Sequence record: NC_005066.1
DNA length: 64,000 bases
Origin: Escherichia phage RB49
Strand: one strand, 5' to 3'
Shown here: positions 10,026-19,001 of the stretch, in pieces
Numbering within the stretch: the stretch's first letter is position 1
How the letters are laid out: the number at the start of each line of letters is the position of its first letter
The notes under the pieces: generated by a model
What the model saw: the letters and a program-made list of their open reading frames with translations, nothing else
Database searches by the model: none
Told to the model about the DNA's origin: nothing
Program-made: the position numbers and the translations under genes

Positions 10026-10957
10026 TGTTTGATTTAAATGACTTTAACGAACAAGCCGCTAACCTTGACTTTCAGCGATCGAACTTATTCAGTGTGGCAT
10101 TTGCCACCACTCCAAGTAATAAGACACAAGCGATCCTAGAAAGTATGGGTGGTGCGGTATATGATATTATACCAAATGCATTAAATGACTATTTCGGGAT
10201 TACTCGTGGTGATTATACTGACGCATTAACAAATCTTGCTGTACAGGGTGTTAGGCGTGCTGTTGATTCATCTGGTGTCAAAAAGTATCTTTTAGGTGCA
10301 ATGTCATCCCGCGTAGTTCAATCTCTTCTGGGGCAATTTGATGTTGGTACGTATGCGCTTGACTGGTTCAATATGGCATATAAGACAAGCGGTCTTCTGG
10401 TGTATGCTGTTAAGGTTCCAGAAAACAGATTGAATTATGAAATGGACCGTAACCACAATGCGCCAAACATTCGAATTACCGGACGTGATTTTGATCCGCT
10501 TGTATTGAGCTTTAGAATGGACTCTAGCGCATCAAACTATAGAGCAATGCAGGATTGGGTTAACTCAGTAGAAGACCCCGTTACAGGGCTTCGTGCGCTT
10601 CCTGTTGACGTTGAAGCAGATATTCAGGTCAACTTACATAACCGAATGGGAGTTCCTCACACGATCATGATGTTTAATGGTTGTGTTCCTGTTGGTGTGA
10701 GTGCACCGGAATTAAACTATGAAAACAACAACGAAATCACAACATTCGATGTTACTTTTGCGTATAGGACTATGCAAACTGGTGCTGTAGGAGAGCAAGC
10801 CGCGCGAGAATGGATTGAGGATAAGGCAATAAACGCAATAACAAACACTTTCGGTAATAATTTACTTGATAGTGGGTTATCTGCTGCTGGTAATGCTTTA
10901 TCGCGTCTAAATGGCGTTGGTGGGCGTGTGGTGAATACTGTTACTAACTGGTTCTGA
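10025..10957 (+). CDS. 54: gp54 baseplate tail tube initiator
   Basis: Size and synteny. Confidence 0.7.
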   Translation: MFDLNDFNEQAANLDFQRSNLFSVAFATTPSNKTQAILESMGGAVYDIIPNALNDYFGITRGDYTDALTNLAVQGVRRAVDSSGVKKYLLGAMSSRVVQSLLGQFDVGTYALDWFNMAYKTSGLLVYAVKVPENRLNYEMDRNHNAPNIRITGRDFDPLVLSFRMDSSASNYRAMQDWVNSVEDPVTGLRALPVDVEADIQVNLHNRMGVPHTIMMFNGCVPVGVSAPELNYENNNEITTFDVTFAYRTMQTGAVGEQAAREWIEDKAINAITNTFGNNLLDSGLSAAGNALSRLNGVGGRVVNTVTNWF

Positions 10958-10965
10958 TAAGCGAA

Positions 10966-10995
10966 AGGCGGGGATAATCCCCGCCTTTTTATTTT
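10966..10995. terminator. intrinsic terminator after gene 54 (overlaps stop of convergent minus-strand gene)
   Basis: Hairpin GGCGGGGA-taat-CCCCGCC followed by T5. Confidence 0.7.
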
Positions 10996-11474
10996 GCTAA
11001 ATCATTGCAATATTTTAGTGCCTTAGTTTGAAATTCTGCGCTGTTAAGTTCTTCATAACGGTCATAATCACCGTTTAATGCTGCCTTTCTTGCTTCTTGC
11101 TCTATCTGCATGTCAGACATGATAATACAGCGATCCCGCGCTTTCATCTTCTCAAGTTGTATAGACTCTTCTTTCTGCTTGCGCAATTCTTCTTGACGCT
11201 TCTTTTCTTCTTGTGCTTTCTCTTCCCGCGCTTCTTTGATTGCATCCTTGAACATCTGCGTTTGTGGTGCTAAACCAACTTTAACTCGATCTACGTCTCG
11301 ACGTTCCATTTTAGAAATAAAGCATGATTCGATCTGATCATCACTTGCATATGCTGCTTTACATTCACGAAGCAAGAAAACCGGATCTGATTTAGCATTC
11401 ATCATAGCTTCCATGTTGGCACAACCAGTAAGCATGAATACAGCCGCAAGACCAATCAGTTTAATCATTTTCAT
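10989..11474 (-). CDS. putative lipoprotein with coiled-coil region
   Basis: Signal peptide with lipobox LTGC; KR/E-rich coiled-coil segment. Confidence 0.6.
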   Translation of the reverse strand: MKMIKLIGLAAVFMLTGCANMEAMMNAKSDPVFLLRECKAAYASDDQIESCFISKMERRDVDRVKVGLAPQTQMFKDAIKEAREEKAQEEKKRQEELRKQKEESIQLEKMKARDRCIIMSDMQIEQEARKAALNGDYDRYEELNSAEFQTKALKYCNDLAK

Positions 11475-12295
11475 TTAGTCACCTCACCGAAAATTGTAAA
11501 TTGTCTACGATTCTCATCGCCGAAAGATTCTACTACGTCGTTTACCTTGACGCAAGTCCCGCGCGGTAAAATTACTTCACATTCGCAAGGGTTCCATGCA
11601 ATGGACCCAACAACAAAACCTTTATGATCTTTTACGTCAATTACCCATGATACATTACAAGAATGTTGCATCTTTCCGGTCATTGATTCATATCGATTCT
11701 CACAATAAAGGCTAGTGCTGTTTGATAGCCATCCTCCAAAGATGATCGGTGTCATGCTGGTTGACACAAAGTTTTTAAAGGTAAATTCCTTATCTTCAAT
11801 AATACGCTCTATTGTCTGAATGTCAAGATGTTGACCGCGATAAAGAGTACCGTTTAACTTTTCGGTTTTATCCATGACGCAATCCATCAAATCAACAATC
11901 TCTGATATCTCATCGGTCATGTCTTCTTCCCCTAAGAGAGCACCATTTACCCATTCGTATTGCTCAGACACATAATCACAGATTGCATTATATTCTGCTG
12001 GTGTTATGTTGTTATGTTTGTAATGTTTGAATACATTATCTCCAAAGTCTTCGGAGTGTACTTCATACATCACATTAATGATTTTCTTGACAAATCCATA
12101 ATCTTGTGTCTCACGCTCAAGGAAGCGGATAACCTTCACATAATCATCAAAGTTAATCTGATCGCTGATCATCTCAGTGATCATGTAACCATTAATCCCC
12201 TCAATGTCATATGTTTCAATATAATTGTCCATACGTTCCATCATTGATTCGCGTGATTCTTCCGAAAGACGAAAATCCTGTAATTTCTTGAACAT
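11471..12295 (-). CDS. Alt-like ADP-ribosyltransferase paralog (274 aa)
   Basis: R-S-E triad motifs shared with adjacent Alt: LYRGQ, FKNFVSTSMTPIIFGGW, ECEVILPRG. Confidence 0.8.
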   Translation of the reverse strand: MFKKLQDFRLSEESRESMMERMDNYIETYDIEGINGYMITEMISDQINFDDYVKVIRFLERETQDYGFVKKIINVMYEVHSEDFGDNVFKHYKHNNITPAEYNAICDYVSEQYEWVNGALLGEEDMTDEISEIVDLMDCVMDKTEKLNGTLYRGQHLDIQTIERIIEDKEFTFKNFVSTSMTPIIFGGWLSNSTSLYCENRYESMTGKMQHSCNVSWVIDVKDHKGFVVGSIAWNPCECEVILPRGTCVKVNDVVESFGDENRRQFTIFGEVTK

Positions 12296-12372
12296 TTTAA
12301 ACCTCCCATATAACAGAAAACGGGGCTAGTATAAAACTAGTCCCCGTTTGAGTCAACCATTATTTCTTAAAA

Positions 12373-14424
12373 TTACATTTTAAATTTATCTGGCATTGCG
12401 TCTACAGATACCAGATCAGCGATAAGCTGACGTAGAGTTGCCTTATCTGCTTTCTTACGTTCGGTTTTAGCTTCGCTAATGAAGCTGGAGAAAGACAGGT
12501 CAGAAGCAGGTTTAACAACACCTTCACGGATGAATGCATCACCGTCCGCGATCATCTCGCCAGATTCTTGTAATGCTGCCAGTTCATTTTTGTTCATAAT
12601 ATGTGCCTCAATGTAATAAGTTTCTTGTGAATCCGTCGATGCCGTAGCACGAGTTACCGTATCAAAGGATAACACAACACCGCGAGGAAGTAAAATCTCG
12701 CATTCTTTGTAAGCAAATGCTTTGTTACCTACTGGCAAGACAGGGATGTTTTCCGCGCCAGCAATGGAGAAAGCAACATTGGCGCCACCTTCACCGCGAG
12801 AGCCAGCCATAGAATCAACACCAGCAACGGCACTAGCCACGTTTGCATTCCAGCCGCCAAAAATGTTAGGTGCAAGGGAAGTGCTCACATAGTTTTTAAA
12901 GTAAAACGCTTTTTGCTTACGTGCAGTTTCCCACATTTGCGACCGGAAGTCCATACCACGATACAGAATAGTACCCGGATCAAGTTTAACGCCATAGTTG
13001 GAGAAGGCATTATCCAGTGCATCGCACATCTTGACCAATTCTTCTGGATCTGATATGCCTTCAAACTCTTCCAGCTTGCGGTCGGTTAGGAAGTTGTTCA
13101 TATTGATGTATGCTGCATCGGCATATTCGCTCAACACAAAACCTTCCGCGCCTGGCAGATCAAGATCAATATCTGCCATCATTTCACCCATGTTGCTAGC
13201 AATTGCTTCAAACATACCGGAAGCAACATTACGTAGGGCATCGGTTTTAATCTGGGTGATATGACTACGCAGCATTTCAGCTTTTACATCTGCTGGCATA
13301 GACTGGTCTACTCGATCCATTGCCAGGGCGGTGATCTTGTTTTCGAATACTTCCTCGCTCATGATTTCTTTTAAGCGTTTGACCGAGGCTGCGATAACTT
13401 CCGCAGACAACGGATCATATTGATCCTGAACTTTTACCAGTTCGCTTACTGCGTATTTTGCATCGGCTTCGCTTTCAAAAATAGTACGCATGAAACCATA
13501 GCGAGTGATAATATCACTTGTCCAGTCATTCAGAGAACGGGCGGTTGAACGTTCTAAGGCTTGACGGTCAATCAGAGTATTAAACTGTTTCTTAGGTTCG
13601 GCTTCGGTGATATCTTCTTCCGGTTTAAGATTAATTTTTTCTGGATGATTCACATAGTCGCTGTTATAGGTCGCTTGAGTTTTCAGCATTTCTTCTTTAG
13701 TCAAACGAGATTTAGCCGCTACGCGTTGTTCTGCTTCCGCGTTTCGTTCTTCTTCTGACACAAGACTAGCCGCATACGCTTCATCTTTAGTCAGAGATTC
13801 ACCAGTAGCCTTAGATACCCAGCGATCACCTAAATCACTTTCTACTTTAGTGAACAAGGATTCATCAAGTTTAATCCCTTTAATCTTATCAATCGCCATC
13901 CCGCGACGCTTGACAACAACTAAAGCGATCTTTTTGCTGGTCATTACTTCCTGCTGGAATACTTCAAACTTCGGTGTACGACGCACCAAACGCTCTATAA
14001 CGCGCTTAACCAGTTCGGTCTTACCTTTCATGCGGGATACGTTAAAACGGAACATAACAGCGTCTAATTGCGATTTACGGGCTGTTTCCATAACCACATC
14101 AAAAGCACTTGCCATGACTGCAATCGGGTTATCGCCTAGACCATTTTTAAGCTGTACAATACGACCGCTTTTGTTCATTTCGCACAGTACAACATGTGCG
14201 GTCTTGTCACCCATACGAATGATTTTAGGTGTTTTGTTGGTGAAGTTACAAAGACGGACAATCACATCTTTATCGCGTGTCTGTACTGCAAAAAGCTGTT
14301 TAGGATTCTGCTTAGGCTTTAAGCACTGTACCGGAGCAATACTGCCAAAGTTTTCTTCCTCTTCCGTCAACAGCCATTTCTCGAAAGATTCAATCATTAG
14401 ATCGTCGATTTCTAAGTTAAACAT
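12373..14424 (-). CDS. alt: Alt RNA polymerase ADP-ribosyltransferase
   Basis: 683 aa (T4 Alt 682); YRGMDF, FKNYVSTSLAPNIFGGW, ECEILLPRG. Confidence 0.9.
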   Translation of the reverse strand: MFNLEIDDLMIESFEKWLLTEEEENFGSIAPVQCLKPKQNPKQLFAVQTRDKDVIVRLCNFTNKTPKIIRMGDKTAHVVLCEMNKSGRIVQLKNGLGDNPIAVMASAFDVVMETARKSQLDAVMFRFNVSRMKGKTELVKRVIERLVRRTPKFEVFQQEVMTSKKIALVVVKRRGMAIDKIKGIKLDESLFTKVESDLGDRWVSKATGESLTKDEAYAASLVSEEERNAEAEQRVAAKSRLTKEEMLKTQATYNSDYVNHPEKINLKPEEDITEAEPKKQFNTLIDRQALERSTARSLNDWTSDIITRYGFMRTIFESEADAKYAVSELVKVQDQYDPLSAEVIAASVKRLKEIMSEEVFENKITALAMDRVDQSMPADVKAEMLRSHITQIKTDALRNVASGMFEAIASNMGEMMADIDLDLPGAEGFVLSEYADAAYINMNNFLTDRKLEEFEGISDPEELVKMCDALDNAFSNYGVKLDPGTILYRGMDFRSQMWETARKQKAFYFKNYVSTSLAPNIFGGWNANVASAVAGVDSMAGSRGEGGANVAFSIAGAENIPVLPVGNKAFAYKECEILLPRGVVLSFDTVTRATASTDSQETYYIEAHIMNKNELAALQESGEMIADGDAFIREGVVKPASDLSFSSFISEAKTERKKADKATLRQLIADLVSVDAMPDKFKM

Positions 14425-14465
14425 TTTATATCCTCTAGTTGATAACCTATAAACCTATATTTATG

Positions 14466-14490
14466 AAAAGGGGGCTTAACGCCCCCTTTA
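14466..14490. terminator. hairpin terminator between small early gene and alt
   Basis: AAGGGGGC-ttaac-GCCCCCTT with flanking T/A runs. Confidence 0.5.
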
Positions 14491-14703
14491 TTATAATGCA
14501 CCATCGAGCAATTGCTCTAAGGTGTATCCTGAATAGTCTTTTTCAATCAGGGTATATTTTCCTACTCGTTTAATCCAGCCACGCATTTCAACGTATTCTG
14601 CGTAGTTGATGGTGCGAGTTGTTCCATCTTCTAGCAAAGCAGTACCGATTTCGTTAATGCGGTCATAAGTTACGTCGGTAATGATGATTTCGATGTTAGC
14701 CAT
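14491..14703 (-). CDS. small early protein (70 aa)
   Basis: Track ORF preceded by PeSL cassette with GGAG RBS. Confidence 0.6.
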   Translation of the reverse strand: MANIEIIITDVTYDRINEIGTALLEDGTTRTINYAEYVEMRGWIKRVGKYTLIEKDYSGYTLEQLLDGAL

Positions 14704-14774
14704 TTGATACTCCTTAGTAGTTCGTTTCGGTATGGGTGTATTATGATATACACCCTCTGTTATGTCAACAACTT
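14704..14774 (-). promoter_or_regulatory. PeSL-like early promoter cassette (-35 TTGACA, -10, 5' UTR with SD)
   Basis: Conserved tcgtttcggtatgggtgtattat...tgtcaacaactttt (plus-strand reading). Confidence 0.65.
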
Positions 14775-14954
14775 TTAGAACATTTTTGAAATTAATTCTG
14801 CTTTGATTTCGCAGAGAACATCTAAAGATTTCTCGTCACCTGCTTTTGCGGCTTCTGTTTGCATTTTTGAAATGGCTTCAATGTCAGTGCAATTATAAGC
14901 CGCTTGAACTTTAGCGATTGCGATGATTGCCGATTCGATGGTTAAGTGTTTCAT
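14775..14954 (-). CDS. small early protein (59 aa)
   Basis: Hand-translated ORF MKHLTIESAIIAIAKVQAAYNCTD... below track cutoff; preceded by PeSL. Confidence 0.5.
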   Translation of the reverse strand: MKHLTIESAIIAIAKVQAAYNCTDIEAISKMQTEAAKAGDEKSLDVLCEIKAELISKMF

Positions 14955-15022
14955 GTTTGATTCTCCTTTCGTTTCGGTATGGGTGCATTATAGGGGATCG
15001 GTGACCCCCTGTCAACAACTTT
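14955..15022 (-). promoter_or_regulatory. PeSL-like early promoter cassette with stem-loop
   Basis: gattctcc...gtttcggtatgggtgcattat AGGGGATCGGTGACCCCCT gtcaacaactttt. Confidence 0.65.
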
Positions 15023-15541
15023 TTAGTTATTTTTTAATTGTTCATCTTGCAATAATGCAATCACATGCTGGCGATGTTCTTCCGATTGAGACACACCGAA
15101 AAAGTTTGTTTTGTAGAAATACTCTAATCGGTCTTCTCGTGTGCTCTCTTCCATCATGATCGCGGGTAGTCCGAGATTTCGGAAACGTCGCTTTTCTGCT
15201 GGCGTAAAATCACTGTAATACAACATAGAATCATCATTACAAGCAATGCTAAACTCATCCTTCATAAAGGAGAATATTGCGTTTAAACGCTGTTTACCGT
15301 CCACGATTTCGATCTCATAGCGAGAGCCATCATCAATCTTAGCCATTGCGATAGCACCAACCGGAAAATCATTAATCAGGTTTTCGATAAACATACGTTT
15401 GTTTTCGGTGTCCCATACTAAAGGACGCTGATAATCTGGGTTCATGTTGATATAGCCATCTTCTAACCATGCTTCATAAACAGAGATAACAAAGTTTTTA
15501 GTATTGGTATAGTAACGGCGTTTAGGCGTTAAACGGTTCAT
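15023..15541 (-). CDS. DUF262 (ParB-like nuclease/NTPase domain) protein
   Basis: Motifs PDYQRPLVW, FPVGAIAM, VDGKQRLNAI; start placed at ATG with AGGAG RBS (track ORF begins at upstream TTG). Confidence 0.7.
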   Translation of the reverse strand: MNRLTPKRRYYTNTKNFVISVYEAWLEDGYINMNPDYQRPLVWDTENKRMFIENLINDFPVGAIAMAKIDDGSRYEIEIVDGKQRLNAIFSFMKDEFSIACNDDSMLYYSDFTPAEKRRFRNLGLPAIMMEESTREDRLEYFYKTNFFGVSQSEEHRQHVIALLQDEQLKNN

Positions 15542-15542
15542 G

Positions 15543-15872
15543 TTATAGTCTCCTGAATGGATCATCACGTAAATCAATATCTTTTAAGAACTCATCCCAT
15601 GAATGGCGGATATTGTTCTTAATTCTCCAGATAAGAGCAGGGATTGAACGCTCTCCCATCTGGAAGTATGGATCATATGATCCGTATGCCCAATATGCTA
15701 CTACAATTCCACAATCAGCGCAATAGTATTCTATTTCACTTGCTGGCGACCAAAGTCCATCAATATGATCGGTGATCTTGCTTTCGATGTTATGGCTATG
15801 ACAATCAGGGCAACGGATGCAATGACCTTGTTTATCGTAATTTGACGTTAGCGAATACTTAAACAATCTCAT
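15543..15872 (-). CDS. Zn-ribbon protein (109 aa)
   Basis: CIRCPDCHSH ... CADCG cysteine pairs; TAATG overlap with upstream gene. Confidence 0.6.
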   Translation of the reverse strand: MRLFKYSLTSNYDKQGHCIRCPDCHSHNIESKITDHIDGLWSPASEIEYYCADCGIVVAYWAYGSYDPYFQMGERSIPALIWRIKNNIRHSWDEFLKDIDLRDDPFRRL

Positions 15873-16588
15873 TATAGATCCTTATTTGCTTCAAATACTG
15901 CCTTTGCGAATCCTCGCGGGGTAAGTGACCTGATAGTCTTTGTTTTCGTTCCTTTCCCGCCTAGCTTAGAATGCTGTTTACTGTACCCTTTATTAATCTG
16001 CAAAGGTTTCTTTTCTGGCATTATAAAGCCTTGTCCGGTCCATAAGCAAGTCTTTTTCGGGTACATATCACGGGCGGCAATATACTCAGGAAAAGTAGGA
16101 TGTTTATCATCTTCCGGCAAATAACCGCCATATTCCCACGGATGGAACATATAATCAGGCTTACGCCACATGCTAGAGATAACGCTTACAGGATTCTCTA
16201 TCATGTAGGGAACTCCTATCCATTCACCCAAATAAGCGGTTATTTTAGCTGCCCTTACATCATGAACTTGAATCAATGGTCCTTGTTCTAGTTTCTTTCG
16301 TTCAAAGTGCGCAGCGCCACTAACAGCTAAATTGGTGCACGGTGGGAATGCAAAGATAATATCCGGTTTCCCCCATTCAAGGTCCATTGCTCTTTCCAGC
16401 CAGTTCAAATCAATCCAGGTGTTTACATAGGTAATGTTTGGATGTTCAAATCTGGTATTATATTTTTTGTATGTACCGTGGTCGCCATCGTCAGCATTAA
16501 AGCAGATCACCTTATGACCCGCTTTAGCCCATTCTAACCCCATTATCCCCGACCCGTCAAAGTTGCAGAATATTAATTTTTGTTTCAT
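15872..16588 (-). CDS. C5-cytosine DNA methyltransferase-like protein (238 aa, short)
   Basis: Motif I-like FCNFDGSGIMG..AG, motif IV-like FAFPPCTNLAVSGA, motif VI-like MIENPV. Confidence 0.55.
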   Translation of the reverse strand: MKQKLIFCNFDGSGIMGLEWAKAGHKVICFNADDGDHGTYKKYNTRFEHPNITYVNTWIDLNWLERAMDLEWGKPDIIFAFPPCTNLAVSGAAHFERKKLEQGPLIQVHDVRAAKITAYLGEWIGVPYMIENPVSVISSMWRKPDYMFHPWEYGGYLPEDDKHPTFPEYIAARDMYPKKTCLWTGQGFIMPEKKPLQINKGYSKQHSKLGGKGTKTKTIRSLTPRGFAKAVFEANKDL

Positions 16589-16830
16589 ATACGCCCCTTT
16601 AATCCAACACAGATTTTAGAAGGTTCTTTGCCGTGCCACATTAAGTAAAGTCCGTTAATGCGGCCTTGTTTTGTATATGATTCTTTTCTGATCTTCTTAT
16701 AGTGTCGTGTTTCCTCTACCGATTGTTTAGAATACCAATCATAAAGGAAGAGGAACAAAGGCCAACCATTAGCAACCTTAATGCAGTTATTCAAAAATTC
16801 CTTATTTCGTTTAATTAATTTTCTTTTCAC
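16585..16830 (-). CDS. small basic protein (81 aa), GTG start overlapping upstream stop
   Basis: Track ORF, 4-nt overlaps on both sides. Confidence 0.5.
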   Translation of the reverse strand: MKRKLIKRNKEFLNNCIKVANGWPLFLFLYDWYSKQSVEETRHYKKIRKESYTKQGRINGLYLMWHGKEPSKICVGLKGRI

Positions 16831-17078
16831 GCTGCCCCCATTGGTTTGATAGTAACAGAATCTAAAAGACCTTTGTTAGCCAGTTCGCGGCAAGTTTTCA
16901 GATCCGCAACTTCCCAGCCAGCCGCAATCAGGTTATCAATGAGGCTGTTAGCAACTTCTTCGCTCATGAAAGAGCACTGTTTGCCGATGGTGTAGCGTAC
17001 ACGCTGTAATTTCAGTTTACGGAAGCCTTTAACGTTCAGGTCTTTAGCGATTTTCTTTGCGGTTTCGATGTTAGCCAT
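16827..17078 (-). CDS. small protein (83 aa), first gene of 5-gene operon
   Basis: Track ORF, ATG preceded by PeSL with GGAG RBS. Confidence 0.6.
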   Translation of the reverse strand: MANIETAKKIAKDLNVKGFRKLKLQRVRYTIGKQCSFMSEEVANSLIDNLIAAGWEVADLKTCRELANKGLLDSVTIKPMGAA

Positions 17079-17158
17079 TGTTTGATTCTCCTAAGTGGTA
17101 TCTCGTCTTGATGGTTGTATTGTAGGGGAGTTATCCTCCCCTGTCAACACTTTTTATA
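17079..17158 (-). promoter_or_regulatory. PeSL-like early promoter cassette
   Basis: gattctcctaagtggtatctcgtcttgatgg...GGGGAGttatcCTCCCC tgtcaacac. Confidence 0.65.
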
Positions 17159-17161
17159 AAA

Positions 17162-17329
17162 TTATTTGTTAATTTCTGGTGCGTTGCTAGGATAGTAACC
17201 TTCTTTAACTCCGAGGTATTTCGCAACCATCCCTACAATCTTCTGTGCTACTACAATGTCAAATTTCAGATAATCTTCGCCGTGGGTTTCAACGATATAT
17301 GCTTCACATGCTGCTTTAGTCTCGAACAT
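17162..17329 (-). CDS. small protein (55 aa), paralog of 21488..21655
   Basis: MFETKAACEAYIVETHGEDYLKFDIVVAQKIVGMVAKYLGVKEGYYPSNAPEINK; ~85-90% nt identity to second copy. Confidence 0.65.
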   Translation of the reverse strand: MFETKAACEAYIVETHGEDYLKFDIVVAQKIVGMVAKYLGVKEGYYPSNAPEINK

Positions 17330-17400
17330 TTTGATTCTCCTATTTCGTTTCGGTATGTGTGTATTATAGGGGATCTCCCGATCCCCGTCAACAACTTTTT
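17330..17400 (-). promoter_or_regulatory. PeSL-like early promoter cassette
   Basis: ttgattctcc...tcgtttcggtatgtgtgtattat AGGGGATCtcccGATCCCC gtcaacaactttttt. Confidence 0.65.
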
Positions 17401-17404
17401 TAGA

Positions 17405-17881
17405 TTATTTGCACCACACTGTAATTTTCTTATCATGTTGGTAGTGAATCCATCGAATATCATCTTTATCAATCATGACAGTAACATACCCATTTACTAG
17501 TGATTTGTCAAAACGGTTATGTAACAGTGCAATATATTGAAAGAATGGTTCTTTTGTATTTGAATATATTCCCTTACCATCAAACGTCATGACATTTTTG
17601 TGAACTTTAAATTCATTACGAAGAACAGCCGTCATTGTCCCGTCTTCATTAGTTTTGAGTTTTAATTCGGATTCTTTGTAAAAATATGCGTCACGGGCTT
17701 TACTTTCTTCCCCGTCTTGTACTCTTACTTCACTAGCATAATCACACTGATAGGTCTTATCTACATTTTCGATCTTTTCTTGTGTCATATCAAAAAGCGG
17801 TGCGACCTTTTTCTTGGCCGCGTGTGCTACGTTGGTCATGGACAGTGCTGCAACAACCGCAATAGCAATAATCTTCTTCAT
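17405..17881 (-). CDS. secreted protein (158 aa) with signal peptide
   Basis: N-terminal MKKIIAIAVVAALSMTNVAHA signal sequence. Confidence 0.6.
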   Translation of the reverse strand: MKKIIAIAVVAALSMTNVAHAAKKKVAPLFDMTQEKIENVDKTYQCDYASEVRVQDGEESKARDAYFYKESELKLKTNEDGTMTAVLRNEFKVHKNVMTFDGKGIYSNTKEPFFQYIALLHNRFDKSLVNGYVTVMIDKDDIRWIHYQHDKKITVWCK

Positions 17882-17946
17882 AGTATTCTCCTTTTGTTTT
17901 GTGTTGGGAGTATCTTAGCGACACTCCCGTTATTTTTCAAATCTTT
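17882..17946 (-). promoter_or_regulatory. PeSL-like variant (stem-loop GGGAGTATCTTAGCGACACTCCC, no canonical TTGACA)
   Basis: SD-complement ggagaata plus hairpin in intergenic region. Confidence 0.35.
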
Positions 17947-18228
17947 TTATTCGTGATTAGTTTCGATGTTGTGCATTTTGCACCAGTTCAACCAATCGCC
18001 CAGATCTTGATAGTTGATGCTTTTATCTGCTGCCATCGTTTTTGTCTTGATACCCATATGTGCGTTATGAGTAAGCATTTTTACAGTGAACTCAATTTTA
18101 TCACCTTTAGCTTTAACATCAACCAGTTTGGTCCACTGGCTACCAGCGCCGCGAATGTTCATACCAACGATGTTTCCGATGTATGCTTCTTTGTTTTTCA
18201 GGATTTCGGTTGCTTTGATGAATTTCAT
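17947..18228 (-). CDS. small protein (93 aa)
   Basis: Track ORF preceded by PeSL. Confidence 0.55.
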   Translation of the reverse strand: MKFIKATEILKNKEAYIGNIVGMNIRGAGSQWTKLVDVKAKGDKIEFTVKMLTHNAHMGIKTKTMAADKSINYQDLGDWLNWCKMHNIETNHE

Positions 18229-18297
18229 TTTTGATTCTCCAGTTCGTTTCGGTATGGGTGTATTATGCTATGTTCTTACTTTGGTGTCAACAACTTT
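18229..18297 (-). promoter_or_regulatory. PeSL-like early promoter cassette
   Basis: tttgattctcc...gtttcggtatgggtgtattat...gtgtcaacaactttttt. Confidence 0.65.
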
Positions 18298-18567
18298 TTA
18301 GATATTTTCAGAAATAAATTTTAAAACTTGACGTAAATGTTTCTCATCTTTGATAGTCGCCGGAAGTTCTTCTTTTACTTCCTGTGCAAGATAGATATTT
18401 CCGTTCCAAGTGAAAGATCCGTCTTCGTTTACGCGATAGCTGAACATCCACTCGCAATCATTTTCGATTTCATATACACACAGAAGGGTGTAATCGTTAA
18501 AGCTAGTGATTTCAAGGTCGAAGCCGTGACGTTTTGCAAAGTTGGTAGTGGTTTTAGTCAGTGCCAT
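18298..18567 (-). CDS. small protein (89 aa)
   Basis: Track ORF preceded by PeSL. Confidence 0.55.
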   Translation of the reverse strand: MALTKTTTNFAKRHGFDLEITSFNDYTLLCVYEIENDCEWMFSYRVNEDGSFTWNGNIYLAQEVKEELPATIKDEKHLRQVLKFISENI

Positions 18568-18650
18568 TGTTTGATTCTCCTAAGTGGTATCTCGTCTTGA
18601 TGGGTGTATTATGCTATAGTCGTGATCTGGTGTCAACAACTTTTTTAAAT
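18568..18650 (-). promoter_or_regulatory. PeSL-like early promoter cassette
   Basis: Shares 31-nt gattctcctaagtggtatctcgtcttgatgg with cassette at 17079; tgtcaacaactttttt. Confidence 0.65.
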
Positions 18651-18658
18651 TTTTGGAA

Positions 18659-18689
18659 ATAAAAAAGCCGACACTAAGGTCGGCACATT
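18659..18689 (-). terminator. intrinsic terminator
   Basis: GCCGAC-actaag-GTCGGC hairpin; T6 on minus strand. Confidence 0.7.
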
Positions 18690-19001
18690 TTAAAAATTCT
18701 TGCTATATATGCAAGCCTCATAATCTAGAGGATGACCGCCAATCCTACCAGGCTTAATATTCCAACCGCATCGATATTTTCTGACCATGCTAACCGTTTC
18801 GGTTCTTAGAGCATTTCTTTGCAAATCATACCCCCTAAATTCTTGTCTATAAGGACAGTCCGCTTTGCAAGTTGGCGGTTCTACGTCATTTAGCGGGTCG
18901 GAAGCAGTTGGCTTTATTATCAATTCTTTGTTTGCAATAATCATAAGCACATCCCATTGAAGACAATTTAACATCTTCGCAATAAGTGTTGAATCCGTCA
19001 A
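18690..19001 (-). CDS. Cys-rich protein; overlaps upstream ORF by 116 nt, probably starts at internal ATG or is joined by frameshift
   Basis: Track ORF begins at TTG; internal ATGs at ~18974 and ~18944. Confidence 0.35.
   Translation of the reverse strand: MTDSTLIAKMLNCLQWDVLMIIANKELIIKPTASDPLNDVEPPTCKADCPYRQEFRGYDLQRNALRTETVSMVRKYRCGWNIKPGRIGGHPLDYEACIYSKNF

Noticed and set aside
17266-17500. Track ORFs on both strands spanning the PeSL cassette at 17330-17400
   Set aside because: They read through promoter and stem-loop sequence (translation contains SPIIHTYRNEIGES from the cassette) and clash with the paralog gene and its ribosome-binding site; the same artefact explains the N-terminal extensions of ORFs at 21488, 22621, 58736 and 34304.
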